A stretch of 64,000 nucleotides of DNA from Octopus sinensis. Lineage: Eukaryota. The stretch is from assembly GCF_006345805.1 (NCBI RefSeq), contig NC_042999.1:32178001-32242000 (forward strand). Reading direction: 5' to 3'. Each line of letters begins with the position of its first letter. Position 1 is the stretch's first letter. This document shows positions 55,046 through 64,000 of this stretch, one piece after another. The notes beneath the pieces are model-generated. The model was given only the letters and a program-made list of their open reading frames with translations. It ran no database searches and was not told the DNA's origin. Made by a program: the position numbers and the translations under genes.

Positions 55046-56234
55046 CATGGTGTGTAAGTTATTTGAGGACATATATATTTTTGAGTCATTGCTGCATTTT
55101 TGCTATCTCTGTATAATCTTAGTTTCAGAAAATAATGAGGGCAGTCTTTCAGCTTATTCAAGAAATGAAGAGACATATTTTGTGGTTATAAAGGTTAATC
55201 ATGTTAAAAAGATGCTAGATCTTTGGTCTACACAGTTTGTTAGGAGATGGAAATGTATCACCAGTATTAAAATCAAAAAAGCATTCTAATCGCTCTGAAA
55301 TAATTAGAACCCCTGCATTTATCCAGCAAGTTCAACAGACCATTGATTGCAATCACAGAAATTTCATGAGATCAAATACAAAATTCTCCATGTATCAGAA
55401 GGAACAGTTAGAAATATTGTCCCCGAAGATATCAACTATAATCACCATATGTGATGAGGAAAGGTCAATTTTCAGAAAAAGCAAATGAAAATCACTACAT
55501 CAGATCTAAAAGGTCCTTAAGCAAACTGAAAATCCAGCAAAAGATTTGATGTCGTCTTTTTTTTCAAACTAGAAAAAGTTCAACCAAGATCAAAAAGATA
55601 ACACAAGAAATGACAGATGATTATGTACAGTGCCAAGTGTTATGCATATAAAATTTCCTGCAACTGACATCGTTTTAGGGTTGTCAGCAATGAAGTACAT
55701 GTGATGCTTCCTTACTTCCTTCAACAAGAGTTAACTCTGCCGCCTACACTGAGGTCCTGAAAATATTTTTTAAGCCCTGGATAGACAGTGTATGCAATGG
55801 AAGGACATATGTGTTTCAGTAAGAATCTGCACTATCACACATGGCTCTAGAAATACAGGAATAACTGAAAATGTTCATGGTCATGTAAGCACTAATATTT
55901 AACGTCCCCTATTCCCCAGATCTCAATGCATTGGACCATTGCATGTGGAGCGGCGTTGCGTGCGAGGTCAATGAAAACGCCCATAACACCACAGATTCTT
56001 TGAAACCTGCACTAATCAGTGTAATGTCCAAAATGAAACAGGACCACTTCATTTGAGCATGCAGATGATTTAGATCTCCTATAGGAGCAGCAGTTGAAGT
56101 TGAAGGTGGTTTATTGAATAATGTTATAGAAAAGAAGGTTTATCTTTTATCTTGATAAATAATGTTATTACTTGTTATTATATATCTGTGTTTTTATAAA
56201 CATAAATCCGTCTTCAAATATGTTACGTACCCTA
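55046..56234 (+). mobile_element. Decayed Tc1/mariner-superfamily DNA transposon
   Basis: Degenerate TIRs catggtgtgtaagttatttgaggac and gtcttcaaatatgttacgtacccta between TA dinucleotides; transposase remnants KFPAT..VVSNE.HVM, KPWIDSVCNGRTYVFQ, PYSPDLNALD..MWS, VEVEGGFIE* read across frameshifts. Confidence 0.8.
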
Positions 56235-56711
56235 TATATATATATAAGTTCCTCAGATCTAAGAAATCTGTAAGTCTGTTGAATTCTAGATGCAGAGATT
56301 TAAGTGGTTGTAACGATATGGACAAGTTTCTCTTTACAAATTGGAAACTGCCATTTTGTCTGTTTTGGCCAGGTCACTATTTTTGCAGCCTTATATTCTA
56401 CCGTCTAAGGGGAAATAATTCTAGCTCCCACTTTTTCTTACAGTTTTCTTTTCGTTTCCGATTTTTCAAAATTCCACCTTTTAATATTCACTTCTTTCTA
56501 GAGTTTTCTCACCTTTTCTTCTAATTCATTGTCCTAATGTAGCTTGTTATGCCATGTGCGAAGTGACTGAAGATTGCGTTGGGGCACCAGATGTGTTTAG
56601 AGATATTGTCTGGCATACTTATATAGCGTGGAATTAATTGTAGCAAATAAAACATATTAAGTTTATTAAGTATTACTTATCTCTCACTAGTTGGTGTACA
56701 TTTTTGTTAAT

Positions 56712-56776
<65 letters not shown>

Positions 56777-56932
56777 ACTCCGATATACATACACATTGAT
56801 ATGCATGTTTACGTAATAAAACACAGAGATATATCGAGAAATACAGTGAGTATATGTTATTATGCAATCCATAAATTGCATCAATAAAATGCTAACGAAA
56901 CGGCTCTAATAAAATTGCCTTGTTATGATATA

Positions 56933-57006
<74 letters not shown>

Positions 57007-57149
57007 ATGTATATTTATTTATACATGCACGCATAGATATTTGACAAGCGAATATTTCGATATGTATGTACATATATATATATATATCATAAAAACAATT
57101 TTTGTACGTTTTGTATATATGAATATTCCGATATTCTATACCTGTTACC

Positions 57150-57450
57150 ATTGATTATTTCTTTCCTAATATTTTATTGGCCTTACTGCTTGTAAACAAT
57201 AACGGGTGTGTTCAGGGATATAATGAATTAGCTTATTTTTATATGTTCCAATAAAGTGTCAGCATGTTATTCCATACATTGCATATGCTATCATTCATCA
57301 TATGCTGCCATTCGTTTGCAGGTTTTGCCAATGTATTGCTTTACAACATTTCCAATTGTTGTATCTTCGTTTATATATCGTATATATTTAGCTACCACGC
57401 AGATGTTCATTAATATTTTCATTACTGGAGGTGTGTAGATTCTATTATTT
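57150..57450 (-). pseudogene. Possible decayed GIY-YIG (Penelope-type) endonuclease remnant
   Basis: Minus strand ...KYIRYI...GNVVKQYIGKTCKRM resembles the YIGxT..R motif; no supporting RT seen. Confidence 0.3.
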
Positions 57451-58274
57451 TGTTTTGGTTTTCTTATGCTGTTTTTAATACTGTTAGAACATATCATCAA
57501 AGCACTGCTGTGGTAAAATCGTTGGAGGTTCTGAAACTATATGTTGCACTATTTTGAAGTCTTCTTGAGTTGAAATTCGACCGACGGCAAATTTGTCTTT
57601 CATCTTTTCATGGGTGACAAAATAATCTAGAATCCAAGTATTGAAGTACTGAGATTCCTTCTATCGATTATCCCGTACCCTCTCTGCAAAATCTCTAACC
57701 TTGTGCATTTATCAGAAATCATTATTAGAACATGTATATTAAATCCAGTTCTTTGAATTTTCTCTTGAATATCATAGGCTTGGTACATTTTTATGGCTTA
57801 TATGAAATGATGTAACACGTGTTAAAACGGTGCAGCTCTAAGGGAAGTACATTCGTTGCTTTGAACAAAATGCAATGATTGTGATCCTCTTCCCAACTGC
57901 TAGAAATTGTGTGAATTTCATGTTTGAAATACCGGAAACTGCTTAAGTAAGTGGAGTGTAGCATTCAGATGCATTTCAACGAGTCAATTCTAGTATGCAG
58001 ACATAGACGAGGTAAACAGTGTTTGGAACAAATGGCATGGAGTACTAATATTAGAATACTATGTTTAAAACTTACTCTTATACTGAATACTCACCAAACA
58101 ATAACCGTCGTGAATCAGACCGAAATTTTACTCCAATTTAATTGGATCCTAGACATCACCATTTTTTCTGATGAATATCGATATTCGGCCCAACAATGCA
58201 TATTTAGAGGGCGAACGTCCAATAACACTGTACTTGTTCCACGTCCCCGCGTAGTTGTGTTTTCATGTTTGGAT

Positions 58275-58312
<38 letters not shown>

Positions 58313-58494
58313 TATATAATAATAAATATTAGGGAATAAATCCAAATTTACAGGGAAAAAATCAGATTTAGGATTAATCGATTTTATAGTAAAATATTAT
58401 AAAATATTATTCGAGACAAAACCACTATTTTGCAAAACAAACAAGGAAAGACTTAATCAATACATAAAATTTTAATAAATAGTCAAAAAAACCG

Positions 58495-58537
58495 CCACTA
58501 CAATCGTTTCTTGTCTTGATCGACAATCTTCAGGTGG
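58495..58537 (-). ncRNA. Minimal type I hammerhead ribozyme motif
   Basis: Identical to the motif at 7446-7488. Confidence 0.8.
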
Positions 58538-60019
58538 ACTTCCAATCTAAAAAATCAATATTTTAAAATATAAAAATAATAATTTTAAAATAATTAAAGT
58601 ATGAATGAAAAAATATAAGTATATAATCCATATATAACCTATCTATAATCCATATATAAACAATATATAAACAATATATAAACTAAAAAAACCTATCAAC
58701 AATTAAATATAAAATATAAAATATAAAATATAAAATATAAAATATAAAATATAAAATATAAAACAAAACAAAAAAATAATAATAATATAATAATAAACTA
58801 TATATACACCCATACTCATATACCTAATTATATATAACCATATCTAACTACATACACTAAATCACACACCTATATATATATCCCTATACATACACATAAA
58901 AATGTCTAGGCAACTATAAATAAATAAAATAGCTAAATACTTCACACAATATTTATTCATACTCCCACACACACACACATACAACCCACATTCACGCTCT
59001 AGAAAACGGACATCACTCAAAACTATGAACGGAGAAATGGAATAAATGGAATTAAAAATTATATTCACTTGGTAAAACGAACACTACTTAAAAATTATGA
59101 ATGAAACAATGCAATAAAACAACAGACATCGCAAATAGACACAAATTACTACAAATTCCTTATCAAACCTACCATGATAACCAAAACTCATAAAAACATA
59201 TAATGATAAAATCTCCCTTTACTAAACTCTATAACAAACCTATATAGCAATCCCCCTAACCTAAACATTCACACACAAATACACACACGTAAACCACACA
59301 CCCACGACATATACAAATACCCACACCACTTACACATACCAATACATACATATAAACCTCAACATATACTCCAAAAACCCACTCAACCCCACACAGACAA
59401 ATAAACACAAAAATTATGAATGGATTCTTTTATAAAACTACCATGATAATCTAAAACTCACAAAACAGAAATGATAAAACCTCCCTTTACTAAACACTAA
59501 AACAATATGGACGCAATTGCGTGAAGCACATGCACACAATTAATACGTAAAACCCCCTAATACACACTTATATAAATACGTATTAAGCTTGACATCCATA
59601 GTGATAAGATTACACCCATTCACACCCAGATGGGTGAATTGCACAACTAGGGAACGCACAAACACACGTGTGCGTTTTTTGATTGTGCAATTCGCCCATA
59701 TGCATGTATGCGGGCGCGATTACATTGTTGCATATATCGAGCCCAAATAGCATGCATATGTACATGTGAGGGGTACACGTAAATGACGTGCGCGTGTACC
59801 CCCTGCATTTATACCCGTGCGTAATATACACATGGAGACTACCACACAGGTACAAATGTGTATAGTAATGGGAGCCCCATCACTACACTCAATGTATACT
59901 CTCAGCCATCCGCACGGATGTGTAAGTGTATCTCCGGTGTATATGTTGAGGCTTATATGTAGCGTTGTGGAGGCGAATGTCGTTGAAATTGTGAATTAAT
60001 GGGTGGAGTTGGGAATTGT

Positions 60020-62770
60020 AACCGGGTGGTGGACTAGCGTTGCTTGGAATTGGGAATTGATTAGTGTGGTAGTGAGGTAGGCATCGGGAATAGGTTTGGG
60101 TTGCTGTAGGTTGTTTGTTAGAGCTGCTAGTGTGAGCTAAAGCTCATAAATGTATATAATGGTTTTTCATAGTAGTTTTTTAAAGAATCCATTCATTATA
60201 AATTTTTTTACGTAGTGTTGGTTTGCTACGTGGATATAGTTTTAGTTCCATTTTCCTATTTCTCCATTCATAATTTAAATGACGTTTACTTTCCATGGCG
60301 CGTATTCTTTTTTTACATAAGTTATTTCTATGGTAACGTAATTTTGGTTTGTTTTTTTTTAACGGCTAAGAATTTAATTTCACTTCATTATTTGAAATTG
60401 ACTTGTAGTATGTATTTTATTTATCCTTATGTCATATTGTTATTTTGATATTCTGGTTAATTACGATGTATTTAATGTTGTTTTCATAGGAGTGTTTATG
60501 TATATGAGATTGTGTGTGAGTTTTTAGTTGTATATTTTATTTATCTGTATGAGTGTGGGTGTGTAAATATTGTTGTATATATCGAGTTTAGTGAGTATAT
60601 ATATGAGTATATGTGAGGGAGTATATGTATCTGTTGTGTGTGTGTGTTTTTTGTGTGTGTGTGTGTTTGTGTGTGAATGTGTATATGGGTTTGTTATTTA
60701 GGTTTTGGGATGTTTGTGTTAATTTGTCTGTGTGGGGAGGGAGTGGGTTTTGGTGTATATTGAGGTTTATAAATTAGGATAGGTGAGCTAAAGTTCATAG
60801 ATGTATATAATGATTTTTCATGGTAGTTTTTAAAGAATCCATTCATAATAATTTTTTTTAAGTAGTGTTGGTTTGCCACGTGGATATAGTTTTTAGTTCC
60901 ATTTTCCTATTTCTCCATTCATAATTTAAATGACGTTTACTTTCCATGGCGCGTATTCTTTTTTTACATAAGTTATTTCTATGGTAACGTAATTTTGCTT
61001 TGATTTTTGTAACGGCTAAGAATTTAATTTCACTTCATAATTTGACACTGAATTGTAAGTATGTATTTTATTTATCCTTATGTCATATTGTTATTTTTGA
61101 TATTCTGGTTAATTACGATGTATTTAATGTTGTTTTCATAGGTGTGTTTATGTATATGAGATTGTGTGCGAGTTTTTAGTTGTATAATTTATTTATCTGT
61201 ATGAGTGTGGGTGTGTAAATATTGTTGTATATATCGAGTTTAGTGAGTATGTATATGCGTATATGTGAGGGAGTATATGTATCTGTTGTGTGTGTGTGTT
61301 TTGCGTGTGTGTGTGTTTGTGTGTGAATGTGTATATGGGTTTGTTATTTAGGTTTTGGGATGTATGTGTTAATTTGTCTGTGTGGGAGGGAGTGGGTTTT
61401 GGTGTATATTGAGGTTTATAAGTTAGTATAGGTATGTGTATAAGTCGTGGGTCTGTGGTTTACGGGTGTGTATTTGTTGTGTGTGAATGTTTAGGTTAGG
61501 GGGATTGCTATATAGGTTTGTTATAGAGTTTAGCAAAGGGAGATTTATCGTTATATGTTTTTAGGAGTTTTGGTTTATCATGGTTTTTTTTTGGGAATTC
61601 GTGGTAATTTGTCTATTTTCGATGTTGGTTGATTTATTACATTGTTTCATTCATAATTTTTGATTGGTGTTCGTTTTGCCACGTGAATAACCGGGAGGTG
61701 GACTAGCGTTGTTTGGAATTGTGAATGGAATAGTGTAGTAGTGAGGTAGGCATAGAGAATGGGTTTGGGTTACTGCAAGTTGTTTGTTAGTCTTTTTTTA
61801 CATAAGTTATTTCTATGGTAACGTAATCTTGGTTTGATTTTTTAACGGCTAAGAATTTAATTTCACTTCATAATGTGACACTGAATTGTAAGTATGTATT
61901 TTATTTACCTTTATGTCATATTGTTATTTTTGATATTCTGGTTATTTACGATGTATTTAATGTTGTTTTCATAGGAGTGTTTATGTATATGAGATTGTGT
62001 GCGAGTTTTTAGTTGTATAATTTATTTATCTGTATGAGTGTGGGTGTGTAAATATTGTTGTATATATTGAGTTTAGTGAGTATGTATATGCGTATATGTG
62101 AGGGAGTATATGTATCTGTTGTGTGTGTGTGTTTTTGCGTGTGTGTGTGTTTGTGTGTGAATGTGTATATGGGTTTGTTATTTAGGTTTTGGGTTGTATG
62201 AGTTAATTTGTCTGTGTGGGAGGGAGTGGGTTTTGGTGTATATGGAGGTTTATAAGTTAGTTTAGGTATGTGTATAAGTCGTGGGTCTGTGGTTTACGTG
62301 TGTGTTTGTGTGTGAATGTTTAGGTTAGGGGGATTACTATATAGGTTTGTTATAGAGTTTAGCAAAGGGAGATTTTATCGTTATATGTTTTTTAAGAGTT
62401 TTGGTTTATCATGGTTTTTTTAGGGAATTCGTAGTAATTTGTCTATTTTCGATGTTGGTTGTTTTATTATATTGTTTCATTCATAATGTTTGAGTGGTGT
62501 TCGTTTTGCCACGTGAATTTTATTTTTAATTCCATTTATTCCATTTCTCCATTCATTAATTTAGAGATGTTCGTTTCCAGAGCGGTTATACTTTTTATAT
62601 ATATGTTAAGTTCCTTGGTAAAGTAATTTTGTTTGGTGTATATGTTGAGGCTTATATGTACTTGTGGGTGTGTGTGAGTGGGGTGGGAGTTTGTATTTGT
62701 TATGGGTGTGTGGTTTACGAGTGGTTTTGTGTGTGAATGTATAGGTTAAAGGAATTGCTATATAAGTATG
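60020..62770. repeat. G/T-skewed mosaic tandem array of shuffled modules
   Basis: 651 bp period between 60132 and 60783; partial third copy 61791-62255; module at 61421-61688 recurs at 62255-62518; module at 60020-60120 recurs at 61689-61790. Confidence 0.85.
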
Positions 62771-63728
62771 TTTTAGTGTTTAGTAAAGGGAGGTTTTATC
62801 ATTTCTGTTTTGTGAGTTTTAGATTATCATGGTAGTTTTATAAAAGAATCCATTCATAATTTTTGTGTTTATTTGTCTGTGTGGGGTTGAGTGGGTTTTT
62901 GGAGTATATGTTGAGGTTATATGTATGTATTGGTATGTGTAAGTGGTGTGGGTATTTGTATATGTCGTGGGTGTGTGGTTTACGTGTGTGTATTTGTGTG
63001 TGAATGTTTAGGTTAGGGGGATTGCTATATAGGTTTGTTATAGAGTTTAGTAAAGGGAGATTTTATCATTATATGTTTTTATGAGTTTTGGTTATCATGG
63101 TAGGTTTGATAAGGAATTTGTAGTAATTTGTGTCTATTTGCGATGTCTGTTGTTTTATTGCATTGTTTCATTCATAATTTTTAAGTAGTGTTCGTTTTAC
63201 CAAGTGAATATAATTTTTAATTCCATTTATTCCATTTCTCCGTTCATAGTTTTGAGTGATGTCCGTTTTCTAGAGCGTGAATGTGGGTTGTATGTGTGTG
63301 TGTGTGGGAGTATGAATAAGTATTGTGTTGAAGTATTTAGCTATTTTATTTATTTATAGTTGCCTAGACATTTTTATGTGTATGTATAGGGATATATATA
63401 TAGGTGTGTGATTTAGTGTATGTAGTTAGATATGGTTATATATAATTAGGTATATGAGTATGGGTGTATATATAGTTTATTATTATATTATTATTATTTT
63501 TTTGTTTTGTTTTATATTTTATATTTTATATTTTATATTTTATATTTTATATTTTATATTTAATTGTTGATAGGTTTTTTTAGTTTATATATTGTTTATA
63601 TATTGTTTATATATGGATTATAGATAGGTTATATATGGATTATATACTTATATTTTTTCATTCATACTTTAATTATTTTAAAATTATTATTTTTATATTT
63701 TAAAATATTGATTTTTTAGATTGGAAGT

Positions 63729-63771
63729 CCACCTGAAGATTGTCGATCAAGACAAGAAACGATTGTAGTGG
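63729..63771 (+). ncRNA. Minimal type I hammerhead ribozyme motif
   Basis: ccacctgaagattgtcgatcaagacaagaaacgattgtagtgg; predicted cleavage after 63767. Confidence 0.8.
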
Positions 63772-63864
63772 CGGTTTTTTTGACTATTTATTAAAATTTT
63801 ATGTATTGATTAAGTCTTTCCTTGTTTGTTTTGCAAAATAGTGGTTTTGTCTCGAATAATATTT

Positions 63865-63895
<31 letters not shown>

Positions 63896-64000
63896 GCATA
63901 TATGTATGTATTTATATCTGTGTATACGAAGACGAATGATTGATATGGTAAAATTATGAAGCTCATGCATTTTAATCAGGCGACAGAAAATTGTTGTTTT

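Larger units (their letters stand above)
58318..63868. mobile_element. Hammerhead-capped 5.5 kb fold-back element (Penelope pLTR ends, non-coding interior)
   Basis: pLTR 58318-58546 and inverted pLTR 63720-63868; inverted arms 58398-59504 and 62769-63868; (TA)n flanks. Confidence 0.75.

Noticed and set aside
58166-58195. CTGATGA followed by palindrome aatatcgatatt as a hammerhead
   Set aside because: No GAAA, stem III or stem I follows.
58547-63719. Mitochondrial insertion (NUMT / control region), suggested by the A/C versus G/T strand skew
   Set aside because: I could not recognise any mitochondrial protein, rRNA or tRNA sequence, so it is not called. A BLAST against cephalopod mitogenomes is needed to exclude it.

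Overview
AT-rich, microsatellite-dense eukaryotic DNA. The SINE families and repeat landscape point to an octopus/cephalopod genome (my recognition, not a database match). I found no convincing host-gene exon; essentially all recognisable content is mobile DNA. Contents: (1) a full-length but frameshifted Tx1/L1-clade LINE inserted into the head of a tRNA-derived SINE, with a 16-17 bp target-site duplication; (2) a nest of R4/Dong-clade (RLE) retrotransposon fragments, all in one orientation inside (TAA)n tracts; (3) two RTE-clade LINEs, each with an inverted 5' segment; (4) three non-autonomous Helitrons, a decayed Tc1/mariner and two MITE-like elements; (5) two families of Penelope-like terminal repeats carrying minimal type I hammerhead ribozyme motifs. 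The most unusual structure is a 5.5 kb fold-back element at 58.3-63.9 kb. It is capped by two outward-facing hammerhead motifs and has ~1.1 kb near-identical inverted arms, a hairpin cluster where strand skew flips, and a G/T-skewed mosaic repeat array. It is a candidate non-coding, ribozyme-terminated cargo element, although a long-read fold-back artefact must be excluded.
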